Assembly (NCBI GenBank): GCA_964016885.1
Contig: OZ024740.1
Span: 123,442,001 to 123,506,000 of the forward strand
Direction: 5' to 3'
From: Eledone cirrhosa
Lineage: Eukaryota
DNA length: 64,000 bases
The position numbers and the translations under genes were made by a program. This document shows positions 1-12,880 of this stretch, piece after piece. Below the pieces are notes generated by a model. The model did no database searches. It was given only the letters and a program-made list of their open reading frames with translations, and was not told the origin of the DNA. Each line of letters starts with the position of its first letter. Positions within the stretch are counted from its first letter, which is position 1.

Positions 1-264
1 TATGTGAATGAATTAGGAAAACTTTAAGAAGTTGATTTGATTTTCATTCAATACTGACAAATAGATAAGATTTGACATTTCAGATTTGTTTAATATTGCT
101 GAGTAAGAAGCCTGTTATAGGGCTCACAAGTCTAACTGCAGCTTTAACAGGGACGAGGAATTTAAACATTTTGTTTTTTGTTTGTTTTAGCTGATCACAA
201 ACTTATTTCGTTATAGAGGAATAACTACGCCGTTGTGATGCTTTTTGCATTTTAAGACTTTAGA

Positions 265-500
265 TGTGCACAGATGTGGATTGCTTGGGTGAAGATGTGC
301 AAGGAAATCCCAGTGGAATGAAATCACAGTACAGATTAACAAAGAAAGACATGGGTAGGGTTGGTGAGAACTAATATCAAATTGATGAGACCCAGAGATG
401 ATGATAAAGGAATGCAGCAGATGGAGAGATGCTGTGCTGAAAAGGACCAGTTCATCTCATGTAAGTATGGAAATATGGACATAAAATTAATAATGTTAAT
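265..500 (+). mobile_element. Decayed 3' end of RTE-clade LINE
   Basis: Resembles the other RTE 3' ends in the window (tggagagatgctgtgctgaaaaggacc...catgtaagtatggaaatatggacataaaa). Confidence 0.4.
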
Positions 501-1329
501 GAATAGTGTAGTACCACAAATTACAAACTTCTAATCATGTTTCAAACTGTGACAAATTTCAGGAAGAAATCTGCTGTGTAATGTATATTTCTTTTGTTTG
601 AACTTCTAGGACTGTATTATTAAGATGCAAACAAACATGTGAAACCGTTATTGGAAGTGGGGAATTAAGTATGGGTTGCAGTAAATGCAATTTTTCATGA
701 AATATCAAATGCTTTCATGAAGCAAGTAAATAAAGGAAAATGTCTATATGAGTCAGGTAGCATGGAAAATCACATTTATTTTAAAGCATAATCTGGTAAT
801 TTCTAAAACAAATGAGATTAAAACAGAGAGAAAAGGAAATTTTACTGTAATGTGTTTGGAATTTAACATGTTTCATGTAGTTAAATTGCTAATTGAGTGT
901 CAGATCTCATAAAACAAGAACATGCTGATTAAGACATATCATGTATTGATGTTAAGGTCAATTAATTGATGCTAGAGGGAGCTTTTAAGTACTGAATTTG
1001 AAATCTATTGAAATGAACTTGATTAACAAAGTAAAAATACAAAAACAAAAACAAAATTATTTGCTGAATTATCCTAATTTATCAGTTACTTGCATGATAT
1101 CTACTCTTAGCTTTATGACATCATCAAAAGGAACATGATGCTGATGAGGATTATTCATATTATCCATTCTCATAAAGATCACCATTGTATTGATATTTAT
1201 GATGATCAATGTCTTCATTATTGACCTGTACATTCATACCATTCTTACTGTTTTAATTGGTGTTCGCATATAACTTCATAACCACATTGTTTTCACTTGC
1301 TGTGATGTTCATTTTGCTGTATTTGTCCT

Positions 1330-2280
1330 TCATACTGTCATCATCATTGATAAGGTTCATCAACTTGTTCATCATGTTGTTCATCTTCATCATCTCCTTC
1401 ATCTTCATCTTCATCTTCTTCATCTTCTTCATCTTCTTCATTCTTCTTCTTCATCATCTTCATCTCCATCATCTTCATCAACTTCATCTCCATCATCTTC
1501 ATCTTCATCATCTTCATCTTTTCATCTTCATCATCTTCTTCTTCATCTTCATCATCTTCTTCTTCATCTTCATCATCTTCTTCTTCATCTTCATCTTTTC
1601 ATCTTCTTCATCTTCTTCTTCATCATCATTTTCATCTTCATCTTCATCATCTTCATCTGCTTCATCTTTATCTTCATCTTCTTCATCTTCATCTTCATCT
1701 TCTTCATCTTCATCTTCATCTTCATCGTCTTCTTCATCGTCTTCTTCATCGTCGTCTTCATCGTCGTCTTCTTTGTCTTTTTCTTCGTCTTTTTCTTCGT
1801 CTTTTTCTTCGTCTTTTTCTTCGTCTTCGTCTTCTTCGTCATCTTCCACTTCATCTTTCTCTTCTTCTTCTTAATCTTCTTCTTCATCTTCATTATCTTC
1901 ATCTTCTTCATCTTCATCTACTTCATCTTCATCTTCTTCATCTTCATCTACTTCATCTTCATCTTCTTCAACTTCATCTTCTTCATCTTCTTCATCCTCT
2001 TCATCTTCTTCTTCATCTTCATCATCATCATGTTCTTCTTCATCTTCAACATCATCATCATCATGTTCTTATTTATCTTCAACATCATCATCTTCATGTT
2101 ATTCTTTATCTTCAACATCATCATCTTCACGTCTTCTTCATCTTCAACATCATCATCTTCATCTTCTTCTTCTTCACCGTCATCATTGTGTACATCTTCA
2201 TCATTATGTTTATCTTCATTATCATATACGTTATCATCATGTCGTTTCCACCATCTTTATCATGATGATCCTCATCATTT
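1330..2280. repeat. Compound (TCA/TCT/TCG)n trinucleotide tract, about 950 bp
   Basis: Directly visible; it generates the poly-S, D/E and M/K ORFs in the track. Confidence 0.95.
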
Positions 2281-2400
2281 TTATGCAGGCTTGGGTTAGA
2301 TGGCCTCTTGCAACACCTCTCTCCACTTATTGCAGTCCTTCATCATGTCCTTTGTAAGGCAGAGCAGACTGACACTTCCTCCCATATTTACTAAGGTCTT
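2281..2400 (-). mobile_element. RTE LINE 3' end abutting the trinucleotide tract
   Basis: gcaggcttgggttagatgg...ctctctccacttattgcagtccttcatcatgtcc resembles the minus-strand RTE termini at 16972-17270 and 54046. Confidence 0.5.
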
Positions 2401-4129
2401 CTTGTTCTGTATTATCTTTACACTTGCATTGATTTGCAGTCGCGTCTGTGTTGAAAATGTTGCTGTTATTGCTAAAGTGTTAGTTCAATAATGAATAAAT
2501 AATTTGTTGAATTTCATCATTTATCACATTTAAAGAAAATATAGATTTATGAAATTTTCAAAATTTTCCAATTTGAAAAAAAAAGGTTCAATATTGCTCC
2601 AAGATGTGTTGTTATAAATAAGGATCAACATTTTTTGATAATCCTAAGATCGTATTATATCTTTACAATTTTCTTCATTTATTTCCTCCAATGACTTCTA
2701 TGGTTATTTCATTTGAAAGTTTCTTCAAATGCAGTGAATATCATATTAGAATTTGTTTGCCATAAGAAGACATATGAAGTGATGCTTATAATATATATAA
2801 GTGGGTCTGTTTATGCAAATAAGTTCATTCACCTTTGGTTTTTCAATTATCATGTTGTTCAAGACATGAGTTGCTACTGTTCTTTTGACTTTGAATGAAG
2901 AAACTGTAATGCTATCATATTTTGCATACTTTTAAAACTCTCATGTTTGTATATATGAACAAACCTCCCCTTTCCATACTTGGGCATGCACACACTCATG
3001 TATTACTAGCTGAATTACTTATATTCCATAGGAAATGACATTTGAATAGATAAATATAACATTTACGTTTGTTGCATGCTTTCAGTTCAATTATTGTAGT
3101 AACACAATTATTACTATTAAACATATTTAAAAACAAAATTGATATTTAAATCTTTTGATGAAAAACAACTTGAAACTGCTCCTCATTTTACAATACGAAA
3201 CTGTATATCTTAAAGTGTTTATATTTATCTGAAGACCTTCCATAACAGTTCAATTTAAGACCAAAGGTTCATCATTAACATCGGAAAAGTATATCAAATT
3301 TATTAAGTTATATGCCAAATATTGGCACAGAAACTTTTAGTGCTTCTGATGCAACATACCAATGAAACTGTATGTGTTGTAGCAAACTGCAATGCATATG
3401 TCCATCTCTGTTTTGAAAGAATTATATTATTTTTATATAATGAAATATTTAAAAAGTTAATTGTGTACCATAATTCTTTTAGCACATTAATTAGTGTGTT
3501 GTGGATTAAAAATGGTTACCAATTACTGCATTACAGAGTTTAAGATATTAACTATAATGGAGCACATGAACATATGAGCATCTTAAGTGACACTTGAAAA
3601 ACGTCACTACATTGTGTCATCAATGTAAAACTATCAGTAGTCAATACTAACTGTACCCTCTGCATATATATGAGAAATATAATAAACTTAAAAGTAATCC
3701 AAATGATGGATCTTTGCTTCTTGAAGGAGTAAATTTAGTGGTGGTGGTGTGGGAAGTAAGTATTAACATAATATTTCAGATGGGATGTAGAAGGAATGCT
3801 TTTTTATAACATTTTTGCTGCTGAAAACGAATTTACTCATCATAGAAATAGTCTATTATATGATCAATGCATAGATATATATTGTGAATATAACCTGAAT
3901 ATCTGTAAAAAAAACAAAAGGATACATATCTAGAATCAGAATGACCTTAGTGTAACCTGTTTGATATAGGTAATTTTCAAAGTAAAGTAATATGTAACAG
4001 CTATATATGAAAATATTCAAAATGCAAATCATTTTCCATATCTGATATAAGGAGACCTCATAAAAGATTATTGTTAAGATAGCAGCCAAGGGTATTGGAT
4101 TAGTACAATTGTTTGAGCTTCAGCTAAAA

Positions 4130-4260
4130 GGATTGGCAATACTTGTTCCAGTTCTTTACATCCTGATAACTTTGCTTTTCATCCTTCCAGCGTTGCTAAA
4201 ATTACCAATAAACACTGGAGTCGATGTAATAGACTTATATTTCCTCCCAACATTCCTTCT
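4130..4260 (+). mobile_element. Decayed SINE (Meta-domain-like core)
   Basis: aactttgcttttcatccttccagcgttgctaaaattaccaataaacactggagtcgatgtaatagac matches the SINE core at 15972-16115. Confidence 0.55.
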
Positions 4261-6733
4261 GGAATCAATAATGTATCAGTTCAGTAGCAGTGGATTAGTG
4301 GAATTTATAAAGATTGAGATGGTGTGCTTTATGCATTCAGAGTTCAAATTCAGCCTTCTTCTGCTTGGAGTTGTGATTGGCAGGTAATATCCTATCCTCT
4401 TTACAAAATGTTCATAATCTATATAAGACATACATATTACATGTTGCTTGATATGGATACCATCATACCATTCAAGACCTCACTAATGAGATAAAGCATG
4501 ACAGGAGTACATATGTTAGCAGTGGCCACACAATATATAGCAAATAAGATGCTGCTGTGTAGGTGTATCATTCTTTAGTCCTATCTTCTGCCAGCAAACA
4601 TACATGGTTATATTAGCCAGATACATATATGAAAAACAGATTTAATGGAAATATGATATATAAAACTGCTACAAGATTTGTTAAATTCTCTCCACTGTCA
4701 ACATATTATCTACTTATAAAACATAAACAGAACTAGGCAACCCAGGAATGTAATGTATGCATTTAGTTGCCACAGTTCTATCTATTAATGCTAATAGGAC
4801 ATAATCTAGATTAAAGTCAGTACCACTAACTTGAAGGAGAGAAAACAGTTTAAAATGGCACATTTTAGATCAATATAATAAGTAAATAAATAAAACCTGA
4901 CCATTCAATTTGAGTGTTATTATTTTCAACTCTGTCGGAGAAAATTTTATTAAAATTCTTCCTATATAATGGACAATAGTAGAATAAAATAACAAAAAAC
5001 ACAAGGCGAATTATGCCAAAGTTATTTGACTCAATTCTGGTAGATGAAAGTTTTTTTAGGCTTTAGAAAGAACAACATAATGATGAAATAGCAAGCGATG
5101 CTTATTATTTTAAATTAATTTCTCCACTTCTCAAAATTGCAGAAATATATTGTGTTGAAAGAAATCTTTCGATCTCACTAAAATCCACTTTCTATTATTG
5201 TTCATTTAACTTTTTGCTTGTTAGATAGCTTTCCAACACGTATTATACTAAAGTCTAAAAATTGAAGGTTTCTAGGCTTTAGTTTATCATTTTCATCATT
5301 AACTGTCTCATTTTCTAAATTGACTTAGTACAAAATTAGTTAAGAATTGGATGCTCTGCAATTATGGCAGGCCTTTCTATTAATATATTCCACCTCTAAA
5401 TAGCTTTGAATGAAATACAAAAATATTAATTCAACTTAGTCTGCTTCTTTTCAATTTGGTTTCTATCTATACAATTGTATCTAATAATCATTTTCAGATA
5501 TTGATTTAGCTATCTTTTAACCATCTATAAACCATGAAAGTGTATAACATAATTGCTAGTATGATGTTGGGTTTATGATTGTAATGTAGACGGCGTTATT
5601 CCTGGATAGGGCAGTGCATTTGTTATTAAATAAAGCACTTCATTTCATATTGCTTCAGTTAATTCAGCAGAAGCAGCCAGCAGCTGGTATTAATCCTGTG
5701 ATGAAATGTATTTTGCCTTGTAATTTCATTAATTTAAAGCCAATGAAACTAGAATAAGGTCCTAGCTAATTAGCATCTAATTGAGGTTCCTAGCAATAAT
5801 TAATGTATTTATTACATGTGTTTATATTAGTATTTATATTTTCATTCTGAAAGAATGGTAAGCAATGTGTAATGCTCTTTATAGAACTGTGCATAAAATC
5901 ATTATTTTGAGGCATCTAAGTTCAAGGGGAAAGTGACTTTACACTCTACATAGCCTCTTAGTGTCTTGATTTTGTTATTCGTAAATTGTGTATAGATTTT
6001 GAATATACTTGAATAAATTGATTTATTTTCATCTTTTGAACTTTATATATATCCATTGCACATTGTATAGCATTTCCTAATTAATTTTATGTTTTTATAG
6101 TTTGATAGTATAATCTTGCTTGTACATAACAAACTTGTCTGTATGATTAGAATACTATATATTGTCAGCTTGTATTTCTCACTAAACCTAAAAAGTAATG
6201 TTTCTCGTAAGTAAATATGTGGCAAAAACATTGATGGTGAAATGGATGATTGGCTAATATTTCAAGAAACTATTTTGTTGATTTTAACCAACTTCAAATT
6301 CTATGAAAATGAGGTGATAAAATATTTTAACTTTGTAGGTGAAATTTGTTTTGAATGAATATGGCTTTCAAAACGATCTGAAAGTGGCAAAACAATCATT
6401 ACATAGCTGAGAAAGAAAAACTATATTTTAAATGAGACTTAAACATTTCAAATATCAAAATATTAAAGCTTCATAAATACATTCTCAAATCATGAGAATT
6501 TGAAAGCTGCACAATCTAAACATAGTGTGTTGATTAGCTGCCTCATTTCCAAACATAAAACAGAGGATTGGCTTATATTCATATTAGCATATTTTTGAGT
6601 ATATATGGCAGTAAGATATTGTTCTTAACAATTTTGGTAGAGATTTGCCAGTATCTTATAAGAACCATTGCAAGCTAAGAAAATGTTTTAACCTGCATTA
6701 GAAAAGTTTGTGCAACTAGGCTGCAAATGACTG

Positions 6734-6764
<31 letters not shown>

Positions 6765-7048
6765 CCAGGGAGTGTAACTTGGAGTTACTGTAGGTTCACC
6801 CGGGTGAGCACTCGATGTTTAGGTTCACTTCAGTGTCAAGGTGTAGAGCTATACAGAGTGTATTATAGTTAAATAAGATAACAAGGATGATTGGTTACTT
6901 CTTCATTACGTTTATTGGTGGGTGACGCGGGTTTCGTCACTGACCAATTCAAGATTCGATATGTATCGATCTGACCTGACTCTGTAATCCGCGGCAATAA
7001 ATGTAATGAAGGAGTAACCAATCATCCTTGTTATCTTATTTAACTATA
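6765..7048 (-). mobile_element. Short PLE-like foldback element between (TA)n tracts
   Basis: 54-bp inverted arms 6864-6917/6995-7048 (2 mismatches); minus strand has GAAACCCGCGTC (hammerhead 3' half only); gagcactc tail motif; (TA)n on both sides. Confidence 0.6.
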
Positions 7049-7664
7049 TATATATATATATACGTGGGTGTGGGTATTTGTGTGTGTGTGTACATAAGTA
7101 CATATGTATGAGTGTAAATGGATTTGTCCAAAGAGAATTTAAATATTGTAGTGGAGATATTTTTTCCATCTTGTTTATGAGGAAGAAAACATTCAAAATG
7201 ATCTAAGTTTTAATATAACTTTTTTGCAAATCAACTCCTTCCAGTGTTTTAGAGAATATTGTGTATTTCGTTTTTGTTATTTCTCAGATATCCCAACAAC
7301 AAATGGAAGCCAATAATGAATAAACCAGCAGGGGACTAATGGTTTGGTCTGTTTCACTCTCACCGAAAATGGATATCACATATCACATTATATCTCTATT
7401 TCACTTGTTTGTCATCTATTAGTCTAAATTTAACATAGTCTGATTAAAACATTTACACATGCAATATGATCCCCTTTATTATATATCCCACTAGCGGTAT
7501 ACTATTTAAGATCTTTTCTTGATCATGTTGATATGTTTTACATCAAACATCTACTTCAGATTTTTTGGCATGATCACGATAACTTATGTGGCAATGCTAG
7601 CTGTCATGCATAGCATATTAATGTTCATAGACCCGGGACAACAAAGTTTGTATTCTAAGTTAAT

Positions 7665-8130
7665 ATTCTTCTTCTGGAGTCATCCATCCATTGATGGGGA
7701 AATGTGGACAAAGATCTTATTCTAAATATCTGGATCTCTCATCACAAGAAGATACCATCCAGTGATGCCAGTGTCTCTTGCCTACAGAATCCTGATGGTT
7801 ATGTTTCAATGGCCTACTCATCACTTTGAATCAGTGACCTTAGTAGTAGTTTCCCTGCAGGTTCATCATGGTGGGAAACATGTCTAGCAAGAACCAAGTG
7901 AGGGGATCAAATTTTCATTGAATCTTGTGGCAGATGATCATAAAGAACTTTGTTGGTAGTGTGACTTCATCACAAAATTTTGAACACTGCATGTAACATT
8001 TTGGAGTTGAAACAACCAAGATCTGTGAAGTGCAAAGTCATCAAAGCAATGGGTGAAAATGACTTACTATATGGTTTAGAATCCTGGACTATGTGTCACT
8101 CATTCAAGGAGACTTAATGGTTCCGACACC
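7665..8130 (-). mobile_element. Decayed RTE-like LINE 3' fragment
   Basis: Minus translation includes LARHVSHHDEPAGKLLL, similar to the C-terminal LAGHC..HAEE...LVLW motif of the LINE at 9337-10385. Confidence 0.5.
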
Positions 8131-8142
8131 AAGATGTAATAT

Positions 8143-8330
8143 AATTGTTTCTACTTTTTGGCACAAGGCCAGCAATTATCCCAGTGGATTACTGGTACTT
8201 TATTGTATTAACCCCATAAGGATGAAAGGCAAAGTTAACCACAACGGTACTTGAACTCAGACCGTAAAAGGGCATAACTCTATGATGCAAAGTATGGCAT
8301 CCGACCCTCTACCAATACTGCCAATCCACC
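8143..8330 (-). mobile_element. tRNA-derived SINE
   Basis: tgtttctact..ggcacaaggccagcaatt...actggtactttatt...ggatgaaaggcaaagttaacc...ttgaactcag; same family as 22997-23185. Confidence 0.8.
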
Positions 8331-9259
8331 ATAATAAGTAAATCTCACATATAGTAATTTTGCCAAATATAGCTTACAATGCTTCTGTTGTAGATTATCT
8401 AGGGAGGATGAAGGCCAAATGCCTTGTGATATTTAGTTTATGGCTCTTTAAGCTTTCAGTTAAAATTCTCCAAGTCAACTTAACCTTTTATCATTCAAAA
8501 TTTGGTTAAATAAAATTCCGGTCAAGTACTGTTGTTGACTTAATTGACTATATTACTCTAACAAATGTATGGCCTTTTAACTATTTCAGAAATCAATATT
8601 TTTCAAATTTAATTTTCTTTTCTTACATTGACTAATTGAGAAAAATTAAGTTGTAATACCTTGAAAATAATTATTTTACATTCACCACCATCTTTATTAT
8701 CATCTTGCATAATTTTTACAGCCTGGAATGAATTAGATATGTCTTAATGCAGCTCACCACCTGCAATAGTCTTTCATGATTTAGCATATGCAGCAACTTA
8801 CAAACATATATGACTTTCATAAAAGTAGACTGTTCGGTATTCAATACATGTCTAGAAAAAATGACATTCCTTATATAATATATAAATATATGTGTGTGTG
8901 CCTGTGTTATTGTGTGTAGCTGTCTGTGTGTAGTTGTCTTCTTCTAATCTCTTTTCTTACCTTTTCTATGCCTTAGTGTCATTCTTTGTCTGCGCGTTCG
9001 ACCACAGTCCATATCATTCTCTTCTGCTTTACCATTTCTTTCCTTTCTATATTCGATCTCATTAGCTAAGCCCTCATGCACCATTCTCTCCCATCTTTCT
9101 CACTTAATGCACTTAGTATTATTTGCCTAAAAGCATAACTTGTCTCTACCTGTTTTGATATGTTCCAATGTGTACAGGAATGAAAAGTATTAACCTCAAT
9201 GCACCAAAACTCTAGTGATTTCCAGAGTTTAACTGAGGAAAAGGGACTGTTCACAATCC

Positions 9260-9318
<59 letters not shown>

Positions 9319-9336
9319 GAGAGAGAGAGAGAGAGG

Positions 9337-10385
9337 GCGTTTACTCCAGATCCTGAGAGCATATGATGTGCCTGAAAAGATAGTTCAAGCTATAGGTCTG
9401 ATGAACGAGGGTACTTGAGCTCGCATATTGACACTGGACAGAAACACTGATTACTTTGAGATTCTTGCAGGTGTCCTCCAAGGTGACATGCTTGCACCCT
9501 TCCTATTTGCAATTGTCCTCGATTATGCAATGAGAGAGAGGCCATTCATAGGAAGGAAAAAGAGTTGGGTTTCAAATTGGATCAAAGGAGTAGCTGTCGT
9601 CACCATCCAAAAGTTGTCCCTGACACAGACTTCGCCGATGACATTGTCTTGATCACAGAGGAAATCAGCCAAGCTCAAGCACTGCTCTCACGTGTCGAGG
9701 TTGAGTCAGGCAAAATAGGACTGCATCTCAATGCAAAGAAGACCGTAATCATGTAGTACAATCAGGTTGATCCAGCTCTAATTCTTGCTAAGGATGGTAC
9801 AACAATCAAAACAGTTATGAACTTTAAATATCTTGGTGCACTGATGCTCAGCTCACGCAAAGACTTTGAAGATAGAAAAGCACTAGCATGGTTGGCATGC
9901 CACAAGCTACTGAAGGTGTGGAAGTCTGACCTAAACAGCAAAATCAAGGAGCGTCTCTTCCTAGCAACTGTTGAGTTCATCCTGTTTACGGCAGTAAAAC
10001 GTGGACTGTTGACAAAGTGCTATGCTAGAGACATGATGGATGTTACATGAGGATGCTGAGAATGGCTTTCAACATTTCTTTGAAACACAAGCTGACAAAT
10101 AAAGAACTATGCAGATCGCTACCTCCAGTCTCAAAAAGAGTTGCCTGCCGACGAAAGAAACTGGCTGGGCACTGCATCAATCATGCAGAAGAGACAGTAT
10201 CTCAACTTGTGCTCTGGAAACCGGCGGTCGGATGAGGAAGCATTGGAAGACAGGCCGTCTCATTCATTGATACGCTACTGAGAGATACTAACATTGATAA
10301 CATTGATTAACTGAGAAATGTCCTGCTTGACCGGGACGATTGGAGAAAGTGTGCTGAATCTTTGTGAGTGTAAACTCGGCCGAAG
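9337..10385 (+). mobile_element. 5'-truncated RTE-clade LINE, disrupted RT
   Basis: GVLQGDMLAPFLFAIVLD, DFADDIVL, GLHLNAKKT, FKYLG and LAGHC motifs across frameshifted ORFs 9428-10235; flanked by microsatellites. Confidence 0.85.
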
Positions 10386-10723
10386 ATATATATATATAAT
10401 AGAATGTGGTAGTTTGTTTGAAGCATTGTGCATAATGTATCAAATTTAAAATAAATATCAAAGCGCCAACACCAGAACATTTTATTTGAGAATTCCCCAC
10501 ACACCGAGGAAGGGATTTTTAAATCCCAAAATATTAGGATGAAGAGAAAAAATAGATACCAGTTAACAAATAGACATCTTTGTAGAATGCATGTATATTT
10601 AAAAGTGACGCTCCAACATGGCCTTAGCTATAATGACTGTATAACTATGTTAAAATGAAACAATTACATTCTGTAATGTTAATGTACTGATGCCATGATA
10701 AAATACACTCAGTATAATATGTA

Positions 10724-11371
10724 AAGTGGTAGTGTGGGTACTACAGTAAAATGTATCCAGTTCACTCTGTAAAGGGCTTGCCGACTGGAAAGGTATCCAG
10801 CCATAAAAGTCATATCAAAGTGGTATGAATGGACAAGATATGTTCCTTTGACCCATCTAATCTCAATATGTAACAACCCATTGAACCCATACCGGCATGG
10901 ACAATGGATATAAAATGATGATGATGAAAGAAACAAAATAAATATGACAGAATTTATGTTAAAGCACCAGCAGAGAATATAATGAACAATGCTCTAACAA
11001 TATAGGAAAAAAATTGTTGCCATAAATTCTGGCAGTGATTTTTAGATAAGTGGTAGTGTGGGTACTACAGTAAAAAATCCCAGTTCACTCTGTAAAGGGC
11101 TTGCCAATTGGAAGTGTATCCAGCCATAAAAGTCATATCAAAGTGGTATGAATGAACAAGATATGTTCCTTTGACCCATCTAATCTCAATATGTAACAAC
11201 CCATTGAACCCATACGAGCATGGACAATGGATATAAAATGATGATGATGAAAGAAACAAAATAAATATGACAGAATTTATGTTAAAGCACCAGCAGAGAA
11301 TATAATGAACAATGCTCTAACAATATAGGAAGAAAATTGTTGCCATAAATTCTGGCAGTGGTTTTTAAATA
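10724..11371 (+). repeat. Tandem duplication, 2 x about 324 bp, containing an RTE-tail fragment
   Basis: 10724-11047 and 11048-11371 are near-identical; the track shows near-identical ORFs at 10709 and 11065. Confidence 0.9.
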
Positions 11372-11892
11372 AATTCAATCAGAAAATTCTTTGACCTTCA
11401 TTCAAAAGATTGTTTGTCATATCCATAACTACTTTTTCACTACCATCACTTTTATTATATATATATATATATTAATTTAGGCATCAATTCTGCTTAAGCT
11501 GTTTCTTTTTCTACAAAATTACTCCTTGTCTCTAAAATATTGACTTGAAAAATTTTACTTCTGATGTAATATGAATATATTATTTCAAATGTAGCCGAAA
11601 GCCAAACTATATTTGAAGAACAATCACATAATTGTTGCAAAGTTCTGAAAAAGAACTTTCTGACAATCATTTCTTTTACACAACAATGCTGCATATATAG
11701 AATCAATATAATTCAATACAAATCAGGAATATTTCACATATATTTATATATTTTGTCAATATTTAGTAAAGACATTTTTATAATCTTCTTATATTTGTTA
11801 TAGATTCCATTGAGATGTGTAATATATACTGAGATATTAGGCAACTCCTTTCTCCAAACAAATATTTTATTCATTAAAACAATAGTGTATAT

Positions 11893-12191
11893 CAGGGTTT
11901 CTCAACCTGGTCCATGTGGACCACTAGTGGTCCACAGAAAATTTCTGACATGCATTTGACTTAAAGCGCTGTTCTTATTCTTTGCATAAGTACGACTTCA
12001 GCTGTTTATTTGCATAGATTTTTAGGCATTGCGACATGATAATAGCATTTTCTAATTCATTGAAAAAAAAACATCTACTGATGCTTATACGTAAGAGTTC
12101 TATTACAAAATATTTAAAAGTTTAGGTGGTCCACAGGAAAAAAATTACTTATTTTGGTGGTACACAGCGAAAAAAAGGTTGAGAACCCCTG
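11893..12191. mobile_element. hAT (Charlie-like) MITE with 8-bp TSD
   Basis: TIRs cagggtttctcaacct / aggttgagaacccctg; TSD gtgtatat at 11885-11892 and 12192-12199. Confidence 0.9.
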
Positions 12192-12309
12192 GTGTATATG
12201 ATTCAGGGACAGATACTAATTGTTGACTTCTCAATACAAAGTCAATGGACTTGAAATAAATTGATGCCTTGCCAGTTTGAGAATGCGAAGCCTTTTTCAA
12301 TCATGACAG

Positions 12310-12880
12310 GTTATAGGTTTGGCTTTCTGCAGTATAGGCTTGTGTAGAATGTTTGGTTTTGTAGAAGACCAAAGGTAATCTCACCATGAAAGTTTCCCAT
12401 CTCCATGACTCTGATGTCCAAGGGTAAATACGCCCTTTGGTCATGAATGACCATGGGATTTGCTACTTGAAAGTTCCCCTCTGAGGCACAAGTCCAGGCA
12501 AGGTTGTTTGTGGAAGACCAGCAGTCACCCCTGCATACCCACATCCCCTCACCATGCCAACGATGTGAAAGGCCACCAGTGACATCACAGCTCTTTTCTA
12601 CAGCTGAGTGAACTGGAGTAACACGAAATAAAGTGTCTTGCTCAAGGACAAAACACATGACCCGGCCCAAGAATCAAACTCACCACCTACCGATTCCAAG
12701 CCCAATGTTCTAACCCTTAAGCCATTTGGCACCAGTGTCATTGTAATTCAATTTGTGGACATGAACAATGTGAAATAAAGTGTCTTGCTCAAAGAAACAA
12801 TACACCACCCAGTCTAAGAATAAACTCACAACCTCACAATCATTAGCCCAGCACTCTAACCACTAAGCTTTGTGTCTTCA
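12310..12880 (-). mobile_element. Two adjacent tRNA-derived SINE copies
   Basis: gaaataaagtgtcttgctcaa...aactcac...taacc head motif occurs twice (about 12620-12725 and 12770-12875); tcatgaatgaccatgggatt body. Confidence 0.7.

Noticed and set aside
1253-2299. Poly-S, D/E-rich and M/K-rich ORFs
   Set aside because: Open in many frames because of the trinucleotide repeat; stops interrupt the acidic frame; no domain.
4109-4387. 92-aa hydrophobic ORF
   Set aside because: Overlaps decayed SINE sequence and starts at TTG; no family motif.
9120-9262. Possible degenerate hammerhead (gttcc...ggaat gaaa) before (TA)n
   Set aside because: 5' core and stems I and III not identifiable.
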